From a virus (lineage: Duplodnaviria > Heunggongvirae > Uroviricota > Caudoviricetes), in IMG/VR virus record IMGVR_UViG_3300045988_030968, positions 1-44,150 of that record: a stretch of DNA of 44,150 nucleotides. One strand, given 5' to 3'. The notes under the pieces are model-generated. The model ran no database searches and had not been told where the DNA came from. It was given only the letters and a program-made list of their open reading frames with translations. The position numbers and the translations under genes are program-made. Below, in pieces: positions 8,927 to 16,787 of this stretch (positions are counted from its first letter, which is position 1; the number at the start of each line of letters is the position of its first letter).

Positions 8927-10174
8927 TTATTCCAAATCTTCTTCACTAACCTGATTCCACTCAGGACGTTTGTCATCTGCTGTTGTTACGCATGGCGCGC
9001 CTGGCTTACGGGTAATGAAGTCTTTCAGTTCTTCTTCCGGCACAACTTTAACAGCTTCGGTCGGCGTCATGAGCACTTCTTTAGTCAGCTTGTCGCCGTA
9101 GAGTTCTGCTACTTTCTCCGCATCTTTCCACGCACGATTTCCAGGACGACCCTCAACCAGCTTGTACCCAGGAACTTTCTTACCGGAATGCAATGCGGTA
9201 GCCATCGCTTTCTCAACCTTATCGATGTGCTGGCGCAACAACGGCAACTTCTCATACTCGGCTACAAGTTGCTCTGGTGTCAGTTCCAGTGCAAAATCGT
9301 CCTCCAGTTCTTCCGCCAGTACCGCGTTAACGGTTTTTGTACGCGCGGCGCACTGTTCGGAGAACCGACACCACTGGCAACCATCTACTGACGGCTTGAA
9401 GTCCGACGCTTTCAGGTTCTTCTTGCCACGGAAATACGCATCAAGGGCCATCAGTGCCCGTTTCTGCGCGAACTTAGCGAACAGTTCCAGACCTTCAACC
9501 GAGATGTCCCACTCCGATGCACTGCCAGCGTACGGCTGGAAGATGACAAGACGCACAACTGTGATGTTATAGCGTCTCTTGAGTCGGCGATAAACACCAA
9601 GAGCGTAAAGCATAAGCTGCTTGTTTTCTTTCGCTTCGACACGATGTCGTCCTGTTTTCAGGTCGCCGATGATAAGCATCGCTGAGTTACTTTCGCCCGT
9701 AAAGCCTTCTATAACAGCCACTAAGTCGGCGGTTCCGAACGTCTCAACACCTTCATAGCCAGGATGCAATACCTCAGTAAGATTGACGCGCATTTCCAGC
9801 TTAGCGTAAGTCGCTACGTCGATAATCGCTTTGCAGTAGTCGGTATATTTGCGCACCTGTTCAATCATGTCCGCCGTAATCAGTACCGCACCTTTCATCG
9901 GGCTTATTAGCGCCTTAATCTGACCTTTACCCTCATCCAGAACATACGCACCTACTTCACGTTCTAACGGCAGCGCAGTGCCTTTGATGTACTGGTTAAG
10001 GTGCACCTCCGCTATGGTGTGCATAGCTGTACCCAATACGGCGGCTTTACCCGACGTATTAGGGATATCTTTTTCACAAGCCAGTGATGCCGCACAGCTT
10101 AGCCACTTTTTAGCGCCTGACGGCGACAGTAAGGCGTGCACATCGTTATTGCCACCGCGTTCCTTTAAAATCAT
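8927..10174 (-). CDS. DUF2800 / Cas4-like PD-(D/E)xK exonuclease
   Basis: Motifs IGDLKTGR and QLMLYA; C-terminal Cys cluster CQWCRFSEQC; start set at ATG 10174 (ATGA overlap). Confidence 0.7.
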   Translation of the reverse strand: MILKERGGNNDVHALLSPSGAKKWLSCAASLACEKDIPNTSGKAAVLGTAMHTIAEVHLNQYIKGTALPLEREVGAYVLDEGKGQIKALISPMKGAVLITADMIEQVRKYTDYCKAIIDVATYAKLEMRVNLTEVLHPGYEGVETFGTADLVAVIEGFTGESNSAMLIIGDLKTGRHRVEAKENKQLMLYALGVYRRLKRRYNITVVRLVIFQPYAGSASEWDISVEGLELFAKFAQKRALMALDAYFRGKKNLKASDFKPSVDGCQWCRFSEQCAARTKTVNAVLAEELEDDFALELTPEQLVAEYEKLPLLRQHIDKVEKAMATALHSGKKVPGYKLVEGRPGNRAWKDAEKVAELYGDKLTKEVLMTPTEAVKVVPEEELKDFITRKPGAPCVTTADDKRPEWNQVSEEDLE

Positions 10175-10443
10175 ACCCTGTTCTCCCACTGGTCAATTAA
10201 ATGTCGTGTCTGGTGATGGCAATGCATAGCCCACCCATACATCGACTCGAAGACATAAAAGTCGGGTTTGGCGAAAGTTGTGCGCTTAATATGCGACACG
10301 TGACGGCCTATATCTTTAGGCCGCGGTACTTTTCCTAAGTACGCCATCTCTTCCATCTGATGCGCACCGGACGGCGCACGTAACAGCCATAGCGCCTCTG
10401 TGTTATCTCGCCTGTCTACAGCGCGGTAGAGTTGGTAAATCAT
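10171..10443 (-). CDS. Hypothetical protein (90 aa)
   Basis: ATG 10443 overlaps upstream stop (ATGA); track ORF 10171..10560 trimmed. Confidence 0.45.
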   Translation of the reverse strand: MIYQLYRAVDRRDNTEALWLLRAPSGAHQMEEMAYLGKVPRPKDIGRHVSHIKRTTFAKPDFYVFESMYGWAMHCHHQTRHLIDQWENRV

Positions 10444-10817
10444 TGCGCCTTCTCCTGCATTTTCAGAAAGACAATCATAGCGGCGTGAAGGGGGTTTTCG
10501 TGCGTACTTTCGGTGAAAGATGCAGAGTGATACGCGCGATATGTTAACGTACGCCGGCATTCAATTGATATATGATTGCGGGTGATAATTCGCCACGCAA
10601 TGTCTATGTTGTTGCACGGGTTAAATAAATTACCATTAGAAGGCCTAAAACCTTTAACAAAAGGCATTCTTGTTTGCCACACTGGACCCATGTCCGAATC
10701 ATCAGTATCACTATCAAAGTCATCGACGCCAGATGGAAAGAACAAATGCTCATTCAAATCTAATGCGACTGCCACCGCACAATTAATTTCAAAATCGCTC
10801 ATATCTTCATATTTCAT
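10440..10817 (-). CDS. Hypothetical protein (125 aa)
   Basis: ORF with ATG start downstream of acidic-protein gene terminator. Confidence 0.5.
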   Translation of the reverse strand: MKYEDMSDFEINCAVAVALDLNEHLFFPSGVDDFDSDTDDSDMGPVWQTRMPFVKGFRPSNGNLFNPCNNIDIAWRIITRNHISIECRRTLTYRAYHSASFTESTHENPLHAAMIVFLKMQEKAQ

Positions 10818-10837
10818 ATTTCCGACCCTCAGTTAAA

Positions 10838-10856
10838 GCGGCCCGAAGGCCGCGGG
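10838..10856 (-). terminator. Terminator-like hairpin after acidic-protein gene
   Basis: GCGGCC-CGAA-GGCCGC hairpin followed by TTTAACT on minus strand. Confidence 0.4.
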
Positions 10857-10860
10857 ATAG

Positions 10861-11328
10861 TTATTCTTCCTCGAAATATTTATTCTTGATTGCCGTCAGG
10901 CGTTCCAGGTACTCAGCCAGGTCTTCGTCTTTAATTGCGGCAATCTTCATCTTCTTACCGGTGAACTCTTCCAGCAGTTCATCGGAATCATCGCACGCGG
11001 CATCGCTCGGACCTTCGTTAATCGCATCATCAATAGCCTGAATCTGGTCACGAAGAGACTGATAATCGACTTCTTCTTCCTTCGCTTCTTCCGGTTCTGG
11101 CGTCGGTTCCTCTACTTTAGCTTTACGCGGCTTGCGTTTCGGCTTCTCTTCTTCTTCTGCCGGTTTGGTGTCAACGATGTCTTCACCTTCAACCGGGATT
11201 TCTTTTGTTGCAACAGTAGGTGTGATTGTTGCAGTTTCAGCAACGACAACTTGTTTCGCGCTGTTCGCAGCAATCAGTTCGTGCGCAACTACGAAACGTT
11301 CCAGTAATTTTAAGAATTGGTCTAACAT
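10861..11328 (-). CDS. Highly acidic protein with central basic patch, hypothetical
   Basis: 155 aa; long Glu/Asp runs around KPKRKPRKAK. Confidence 0.55.
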   Translation of the reverse strand: MLDQFLKLLERFVVAHELIAANSAKQVVVAETATITPTVATKEIPVEGEDIVDTKPAEEEEKPKRKPRKAKVEEPTPEPEEAKEEEVDYQSLRDQIQAIDDAINEGPSDAACDDSDELLEEFTGKKMKIAAIKDEDLAEYLERLTAIKNKYFEEE

Positions 11329-11352
11329 TATTTGTTCTCCTGTTTATTTAGG

Positions 11353-11580
11353 TTACTCGCCGTCGCCTTCTGTAAGGCTATCATCTATTAATTCAAATTT
11401 ACCGTTTTGGTGTTGAATTGCTTCTTGCCCACAATGGTCGCAAACCACCAGTTTATCGAATCCGTCAAACTCGTCTCCGACTACACAAGAAAGTACAAAC
11501 TTATGTTTTGTGCACACTTCCTGCGATTCACCGAAAATTGCTCGAAAACCTTTAGCTATGACTCCAGTGATTGTGTTCAT
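11353..11580 (-). CDS. Small Cys-containing protein (possible zinc binding), hypothetical
   Basis: 75 aa; CDHCGQ plus upstream Cys; first gene after promoter 11609-11638. Confidence 0.5.
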   Translation of the reverse strand: MNTITGVIAKGFRAIFGESQEVCTKHKFVLSCVVGDEFDGFDKLVVCDHCGQEAIQHQNGKFELIDDSLTEGDGE

Positions 11581-11608
11581 ATCTGCCTCTCTCGTTTGGT
11601 ATGTGCTA

Positions 11609-11638
11609 ACTATAATAGCGAACTATTCATGATGTCAA
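11609..11638 (-). promoter_or_regulatory. Sigma70-type promoter with palindromic operator, divergent from HTH gene
   Basis: Minus strand TTGACA, 17-18 bp spacer, TATAGT; spacer contains TGAATAG-N4-CTATTA. Confidence 0.5.
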
Positions 11639-11702
11639 TGGGCTTTTATTAAATAATTAATATGGTACTATTCACATATCAACTGACTAAGGAGTAATTG
11701 AC

Positions 11703-11918
11703 ATGCAACCATCTGAACTAGGCATCCGTGTAGAACAACGCCGTAAAGAACTTGGCATCTCACAGCGCCGTCTGGCTGTCCTTGCCGGCGTTTCTCAGGG
11801 CGCGATTAACCAGCTGGCACTTGGGGTAACTCAGGACGTCCGACCGGCGACGCTGTTTAAACTGGCGGAGGTGCTTGAAGTAGATGCCAAGTGGCTGGCG
11901 TTCGGTGAAGGGGCTTAA
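11703..11918 (+). CDS. Cro/XRE-family helix-turn-helix transcriptional regulator
   Basis: 71 aa; LGISQRRLAVLAGVSQGAINQLALG HTH; AAGGAG 8 nt before ATG; preceded by TGgTACTAT extended -10. Confidence 0.8.
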   Translation: MQPSELGIRVEQRRKELGISQRRLAVLAGVSQGAINQLALGVTQDVRPATLFKLAEVLEVDAKWLAFGEGA

Positions 11919-11933
11919 CGCCCCTTTCTTTTT
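11908..11933 (+). terminator. Rho-independent terminator after HTH gene
   Basis: GGGGC-TTAAC-GCCCC hairpin (stop codon in loop) followed by TTTCTTTTT. Confidence 0.6.
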
Positions 11934-11935
11934 AC

Positions 11936-14197
11936 CTATTCCAAATCCTCCTCTGTCACCGTTAGCATTTCATTCGGTTCATATATTGTCTTCGGAATCT
12001 TGTTATCGTTTATACCCCACGGCAACCGGTATTGCTTAGGGATCGGCCTGTTGTTGTTATCCAGCCCCGAGACTATAACCCCAGCCTCGTGCATCTCTTC
12101 CAGTTTCTTTCGAAGGTCGTTATTAGCGTTAATCGGCACACCATAACTATCTTCTTTCGCCGCTTTGACGATAGCGGACATAGAAAACCCTCGCTTGTCG
12201 TCGCCCTGCTCCTGCAATTTACCTAATGCGTAAATAACCGTAGCCTCTTTGGTGTCCAGTTTCTCGAACTGGCCTACCTTTTCTTTAACGGCTTCCTTCT
12301 GTTCGTCGGTCATACCTTCTACTTTCTTCACGAAGACAGAGAAGGCGTTAAAGTTAACAAAGACATCGATGTGCGGATTTCCCGCGTCAAAATCACGGAC
12401 ATCATCACTACTATACCCTTCCGGAAGCCCCATGAAGTTGTGAGTTGGTTCTTTCTTTTCCGGTGGCTCCGCTATCTGAATCTTCTGTATTACGAATCCT
12501 CTGGCTTTCTGCCGTTCTCCGTTTCTGTTCTTTATGTGGTACAGGTTTATCTCTAAGTTATTGTCGTTGTCCGGCTTATGGAGAAACATCCCGTTATCGA
12601 TGGAGTTGTGAAAATCGCTACCACCCTTCGGCATCATGCCGTTTTCAGATGGCACAGTTTCGTCGATGTTTTTAGTCGGGTGCACCATAGCGCCTACCGC
12701 AGCGTTAAGCGTCGACGCTATTTCGTTAAGCGCCTGTGCCGCTTCTTTCATCGACCTGTTGTCGTTCTCATCGAAGCCTGGTATGCAAGTTTGCAGGGTA
12801 TCAAACGTAACCTTTACAATTTTCTCTTCACCGGCAACACGGCGCATCATTCTCACCGCCTGGCGTCGCCATGCTTCATCAAGTAAATTACACCCATCGG
12901 CGACACAATCGATAATGTGCAAGCGGTCAAGGTTATCACCGAGGGCGATTTGCAAAGACTTTTTATGTCGTTCGAACGACTGTGCGCCTTCGCCGGCGAA
13001 AATGAACGCGTGTCCTTCTGCGACCTCTGCCCCGCCGAACGCATATCTTTTTTCAGCGGCTATAGCAGCATCAATAGCCATACTAAATGTTGACTTACCG
13101 GTATGTGACTTTGCGCAAATATAAAACGATTCATTAGTCTGCATAAGGCCATCTACGACGGAGTAAGCAGGTTCTTTTTCAACTTCCGGCTCGTCTTCAA
13201 GGTCTTCCAGCGTGCAAGTTACGGGCTCTTCGTTCTCTGTGCGGTGCAATTCCTCAATCTCTTCGTCAGGTAAATCAGGCAGAGCCGCGCGAATGCTGTT
13301 AATACTGATAGGTTGCTTGTCTACGTTAAGCTCGTCCGGAAGACCGCACATACGCAGGGCCAAATGTTGTCGGCGGTTAAGCTCGGTACAAGCACCGTTG
13401 TTTGTGTGCTGGCACACGAAGCGCACTTCTTTACCATCAAGCATGATGCTGGTGGAGCCTTTGCCTGTGTGCAGGTGTTCGTTAGGGCAAGGCACTTCAT
13501 ACCCGCGCCCAGAAGATAAAGCGTCAAGTCCGAGCTCGGCTTCGCAGAAATGCGCTATATCTGCGTTAAGCCCGTGCTCATCGGCGGCAAGCGTCTTAGC
13601 TTCGCGTTTACGCAACCCCATCTCTTCGGCTTTCTTGATGTATCGCTCGGCACGGATAACATGCCCTTCTGTAACCGTTATCTTCGACTCTTTATGTGGC
13701 AGGTAGATAAGGCGGTTGCCGTCTTCTGTGCAGTGGTCACGCAATGCCTCGTCTATTTCTAACTCAGCACAAATAGCACGTTGCACCATCCACGCGTCGT
13801 TAGAGTTAAACGGCGTGCGAGCTGGAACCAGAACGCGGAATGCGTAATCCCCGTTTTTACACGCGTGCTGGTGCGACGCCGTTGTGTGCAGGATATTGAA
13901 GAACGGCGCATTCTTGAATTTGCGTGTCAGGTCGCGATACTGTGTACGGTTGAGATGGTCGAAGTCGAACTTAACCACACTGTCTTCCAGAATCGCGTTT
14001 TTACGGCGACCGCCAACGGGGGCAATAGCCTTCTGCTTAATCTTGGCTGCGTCGTACTCTTCCTTAGTCCATGACGGGTCCACGGATAAACGCTTCGATG
14101 TATCGCAGACATACTCTACAAACTGCTCCAGCGGCATTTCACGCGCTACAGGGTTTTTATCGAATGTGTTACGCAGCGTTGCAAAAACAATATTCAT
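11936..14197 (-). CDS. Primase-helicase (AEP-type primase domain, zinc-binding region, P-loop NTPase)
   Basis: 753 aa; KFDFDHL acidic motif; Cys/His cluster CPNEHLH...CQHTNNGAC; Walker A AKSHTGKST. Confidence 0.65.
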   Translation of the reverse strand: MNIVFATLRNTFDKNPVAREMPLEQFVEYVCDTSKRLSVDPSWTKEEYDAAKIKQKAIAPVGGRRKNAILEDSVVKFDFDHLNRTQYRDLTRKFKNAPFFNILHTTASHQHACKNGDYAFRVLVPARTPFNSNDAWMVQRAICAELEIDEALRDHCTEDGNRLIYLPHKESKITVTEGHVIRAERYIKKAEEMGLRKREAKTLAADEHGLNADIAHFCEAELGLDALSSGRGYEVPCPNEHLHTGKGSTSIMLDGKEVRFVCQHTNNGACTELNRRQHLALRMCGLPDELNVDKQPISINSIRAALPDLPDEEIEELHRTENEEPVTCTLEDLEDEPEVEKEPAYSVVDGLMQTNESFYICAKSHTGKSTFSMAIDAAIAAEKRYAFGGAEVAEGHAFIFAGEGAQSFERHKKSLQIALGDNLDRLHIIDCVADGCNLLDEAWRRQAVRMMRRVAGEEKIVKVTFDTLQTCIPGFDENDNRSMKEAAQALNEIASTLNAAVGAMVHPTKNIDETVPSENGMMPKGGSDFHNSIDNGMFLHKPDNDNNLEINLYHIKNRNGERQKARGFVIQKIQIAEPPEKKEPTHNFMGLPEGYSSDDVRDFDAGNPHIDVFVNFNAFSVFVKKVEGMTDEQKEAVKEKVGQFEKLDTKEATVIYALGKLQEQGDDKRGFSMSAIVKAAKEDSYGVPINANNDLRKKLEEMHEAGVIVSGLDNNNRPIPKQYRLPWGINDNKIPKTIYEPNEMLTVTEEDLE

Positions 14198-14322
14198 TTC
14201 TTTTTCTCCGCACGTGCTAAGGCTTCCTGCATACGGCGCATTGCGCGGTTCATCTTTACCGGTGCGAAGAAATCAGCGCCGTGTTTCTGGCGGCGTAGCT
14301 GTGGAACTATTAACTTTGTCAT
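14194..14322 (-). CDS. Small basic protein (42 aa), hypothetical
   Basis: MTKLIVPQLRRQKHGADFFAPVKMNRAMRRMQEALARAEKKK; stop overlaps primase ATG (ATGA). Confidence 0.3.
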   Translation of the reverse strand: MTKLIVPQLRRQKHGADFFAPVKMNRAMRRMQEALARAEKKK

Positions 14323-14390
14323 TGTATAATCCTTGCGCTTACTTTGATGGTTTGTACTTTAGCCCCGACGTTCTGGCGTTGGGGTTTCTT

Positions 14391-14603
14391 TTACTTAACG
14401 CCAGCAATCCACGCACGCTCTGAAGTGTAGAAACGACACTTACTTAACGACTCGATTGGCATCTTAATAATCCGTGTTGTCCCTGAAAAATAATCAGGTT
14501 TGCATATTTCTGCGTAGAAACCGCTGTCAGTAATTTCTGATGCAAACTTAAACCGGTATTTAACTTTACCGTTTTCAAAGTAACAACCCATACGTCCAAT
14601 CAT
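14391..14603 (-). CDS. Hypothetical protein (70 aa)
   Basis: ORF with ATG start, overlaps upstream gene stop. Confidence 0.5.
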   Translation of the reverse strand: MIGRMGCYFENGKVKYRFKFASEITDSGFYAEICKPDYFSGTTRIIKMPIESLSKCRFYTSERAWIAGVK

Positions 14604-14782
14604 TTCACGTTCTCCTTAATCCACGCTTCAACTTTATTACGGTCAAATGTACCAGGTAAACGGCGACCCATAACCTTAATACAACAGTCAGGGAATTTAC
14701 CACTGCGTAACCAGTTATTAATTGTCTGACGTGTCACCCCGATACGCTCGGCTACTTCATTCTGCGTCATGTAATGTTGCAT
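14600..14782 (-). CDS. Small HTH DNA-binding protein (AlpA/excisionase-like fold)
   Basis: Start set at ATG 14782 with AGGAG upstream; MTQNEVAERIGVTRQTINNWLRSGKFP. Confidence 0.55.
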   Translation of the reverse strand: MQHYMTQNEVAERIGVTRQTINNWLRSGKFPDCCIKVMGRRLPGTFDRNKVEAWIKENVK

Positions 14783-14889
14783 TTTTATATCTCCTGTTTG
14801 TTTGGTGAAGCTGAGTATAGGATAGCTGGAATGTAAAAGCAACCAAAACACCACACAAAGTTACTAAGATACAAAAGATGCTACCGGTA

Positions 14890-14918
14890 TTGACTTTTAC
14901 TAAGAAATATGGTAAGCT
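14890..14918 (+). promoter_or_regulatory. Conserved promoter core, copy 1 (TTGACT-17-TAAGCT with TGg extended -10)
   Basis: Near-identical to 27337-27365. Confidence 0.45.
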
Positions 14919-15140
14919 CAGCCTGAGCTTGTGAAGTATGAACGAGCGACCGCGGCGCGCGGCAGGCGAAACGAGCACGTGTAGCGTGTGGAGTGAGGCT
15001 CGCTAGCGCGTTTGGGAGGCCCAAAGTCTATTGTAATTCCCACCTAAATATCTAAGTTACTGATTCGCCGTAAGTTATATCCGCAAGCTCACTCACTCAC
15101 TCTTGGTGCCTTCGGCACCACGTTCGTTTCGTTTCGCTCG
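14919..15140 (+). ncRNA. Candidate conserved leader / structured non-coding element, copy 1
   Basis: ORF-free; first ~60 nt conserved with 27366-27425; inverted repeat AGCTCAG-C-CTGAGCT, (CTCA)3, hairpin GGTGCC-TTCG-GCACC at 15105-15119. Confidence 0.25.
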
Positions 15141-15186
15141 CTATATCATTAAACGAAAGAATCACAACGGCAACGTAACTATTCTC

Positions 15187-15215
15187 TTGCACACCCCAAC
15201 ATAATAGGATACTAT
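15187..15215 (+). promoter_or_regulatory. Conserved promoter, copy D1 (TTGCAC-17-TACTAT with AATAG-N4-CTATT operator)
   Basis: 33-bp element repeated at 16599, 27238(-) and 36138(-); about 35 nt upstream of ATG 15250. Confidence 0.5.
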
Positions 15216-15249
15216 TCACTTATTGAAACAAGACAGAGGGGTGAGGGTT

Positions 15250-15438
15250 ATGTTTAAGAAGGGTCAGTTGGTCCGTAGTAAAAAGTCGGGATGTTTGTAC
15301 TCCGTATTTTCCACCAACAACAGAGGCAGTGCCGCCATTTGTAAACTTCGCAACGTATTTACTGGCGGCCATGCAACTGTAAGCGCGGAATATTTAAAAC
15401 TCATCGGCAACAATTTTAAATTCAAAGGGGCGAAGTGA
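15250..15438 (+). CDS. Hypothetical small protein
   Basis: ATG with GAGGGG upstream; first gene of rightward unit. Confidence 0.5.
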   Translation: MFKKGQLVRSKKSGCLYSVFSTNNRGSAAICKLRNVFTGGHATVSAEYLKLIGNNFKFKGAK

Positions 15439-15644
15439 TGGAAGAATTATTTGAAGAACTGAAACATCATAGACTGGAGAAAGTGCATTTCCAGGTAAAC
15501 AGATACGAAGTTATTTTATTCGACGGCCCAACTATTTCTTCCGGGGTATGGAAGGACCCGCTAAAAGTTTACGTGCACTCCGAACGGCATCGAATCATGA
15601 TGCTCGTGCCGACGACTCTGAGGGAGGTTGCCGTAAATGAATAA
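15438..15644 (+). CDS. Hypothetical small protein
   Basis: ATG overlaps upstream stop. Confidence 0.5.
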   Translation: MEELFEELKHHRLEKVHFQVNRYEVILFDGPTISSGVWKDPLKVYVHSERHRIMMLVPTTLREVAVNE

Positions 15645-15903
15645 CGCTGAACTGGAAAAAGTCTCTGACACCCTTCATAAGGTACGGGTCATGCGCCGGG
15701 GTGCCGGGCTGGAGCAGTTTTATAACATGTGGCGCACAGCGACGCGCGACCCTGAGTTTCTGCGGACAGGTTATTATTTCATTAAAGGCGTTATTCCGAT
15801 TCGCGCCCGCGGGGATTACGGTTGGGTGCGCGAGACACCTAATCTTATGTGGTGTTGGTACTGCGGTGAGTTTTGGGTGCGCGTTAAAGAGAAGATGGGG
15901 TGA
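15637..15903 (+). CDS. Hypothetical small protein
   Basis: Overlapping start/stop with neighbours. Confidence 0.5.
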   Translation: MNNAELEKVSDTLHKVRVMRRGAGLEQFYNMWRTATRDPEFLRTGYYFIKGVIPIRARGDYGWVRETPNLMWCWYCGEFWVRVKEKMG

Positions 15904-15906
15904 GTT

Positions 15907-16050
15907 ATGAGAGAAGCATTCGAACGGTGGGCCGTCGTCGAGGGTCTGCCCGTTAATAAGGGTTCAAAGAAAGAGTACCTGAACGTTAGGACGCGTCTCG
16001 CGTGGCGGGCGTGGAAAGCCGGTGTGCGGTATGCGATGAATACGAGGTGA
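15907..16050 (+). CDS. Hypothetical micro-protein (47 aa)
   Basis: MREAFERWAVVEGLP...; fills gap between flanking ORFs. Confidence 0.35.
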   Translation: MREAFERWAVVEGLPVNKGSKKEYLNVRTRLAWRAWKAGVRYAMNTR

Positions 16051-16053
16051 GAT

Positions 16054-16266
16054 ATGGGCGAGTGGATTAAGTGCAGCTCGAGGCTGCCGGAAGAATTCGC
16101 AGACATTCTTGTTTGCACAGAAGACAGTCAGGTGCATGAGGGTTACTACTTCGTGTATGCCGACAACACTCCTGTTTGGAAAATATATTGTTACAGCAAG
16201 CTGTATGCGAATGATGCGGGGATTGTAACTCACTGGATGCCCTTACCCGAGCCGCCGGAAGCGTGA
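16054..16266 (+). CDS. DUF551-like protein
   Basis: 70 aa; C-terminal VTHWMPLPEPP signature. Confidence 0.55.
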   Translation: MGEWIKCSSRLPEEFADILVCTEDSQVHEGYYFVYADNTPVWKIYCYSKLYANDAGIVTHWMPLPEPPEA

Positions 16267-16307
16267 TGTTATATTGTAACAATAGTTTGGGATTTTACTG
16301 AGTGACT

Positions 16308-16366
16308 TACGCTGCTACACAGCAGCGTACAACTTTAACTTAGTGTCGTCAAAAAGCGACACTTTC
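16308..16366 (+). terminator. Tandem hairpins, terminator-like
   Basis: TACGCTGCT-ACAC-AGCAGCGTA (9-bp stem) and AGTGTCG-N8-CGACACT followed by TTTC. Confidence 0.35.
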
Positions 16367-16409
16367 ACCAAACGCAACAATCGAAGCGGCTATTGCAGGA
16401 GATGCAACA

Positions 16410-16619
16410 ATGATTACTAGAGAACAGGCTGAACGACTAATCGCGTTAATCGACACGATGGTTGATGTAAAAACCGATTCAGCAACGGCAACAGAGGAAC
16501 TCGCTACTTGGTCGCTTGAAGAAAGAGAAGCAGAAGCGGAGCGCGAGTTACTGGCGTTCATCGACTCTATCACACACACACACACAAATAAAATTTACTT
16601 GCACGCTAAGATAGAATAG
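16410..16619 (+). CDS. Hypothetical small protein
   Basis: 69 aa; contains (CA)8 tract near 3' end. Confidence 0.5.
   Translation: MITREQAERLIALIDTMVDVKTDSATATEELATWSLEEREAEAERELLAFIDSITHTHTNKIYLHAKIE
16571..16586. repeat. (CA)8 dinucleotide microsatellite
   Basis: CACACACACACACACA encoding THTHT at the C-terminus of ORF 16410..16619. Confidence 0.9.
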
Positions 16620-16627
16620 GCTACTAT
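16599..16627 (+). promoter_or_regulatory. Conserved promoter, copy D2 (TTGCAC-17-TACTAT)
   Basis: TTGCACgctaagATAGAATAGGcTACTATTCA matches D1 pattern; about 32 nt upstream of ATG 16659. Confidence 0.45.
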
Positions 16628-16658
16628 TCATTTACACAAACGAGAGGAGAGACAGAAG

Positions 16659-16787
16659 ATGAAAGACTATAGCGAAGTAACTTTGGGTGAGTTGCAGGAC
16701 GAGTACGAAGATATGCTCTACCCGTTCATCTGCGACGGAGATTACAACGGCGTCTATAACGGAGTGAGCGAAGAATATGAACAGTAA
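16659..16787 (+). CDS. Hypothetical micro-protein (42 aa)
   Basis: GAGGAGAGA RBS then ATG; overlaps next start. Confidence 0.35.
   Translation: MKDYSEVTLGELQDEYEDMLYPFICDGDYNGVYNGVSEEYEQ

Noticed and set aside
11703-11918. Lysogeny module (CI repressor plus integrase) suggested by the HTH gene
   Set aside because: The protein is only 71 aa with no peptidase or dimerisation extension, and no recombinase-sized ORF is present anywhere; it is more likely a Cro-like lytic regulator.
12032-14423. Multiple 61-179 aa plus-strand ORFs
   Set aside because: Antisense to the primase-helicase gene; no start signals and low-complexity translations.
15080-15140. Possible CRISPR-like array or tRNA in the repeat-rich non-coding gap
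   Set aside because: The repeats are short simple-sequence tracts ((CTCA)3, (CGTTT)2) without regularly spaced unique spacers, and I found no cloverleaf-compatible segment or T-loop consensus by eye.
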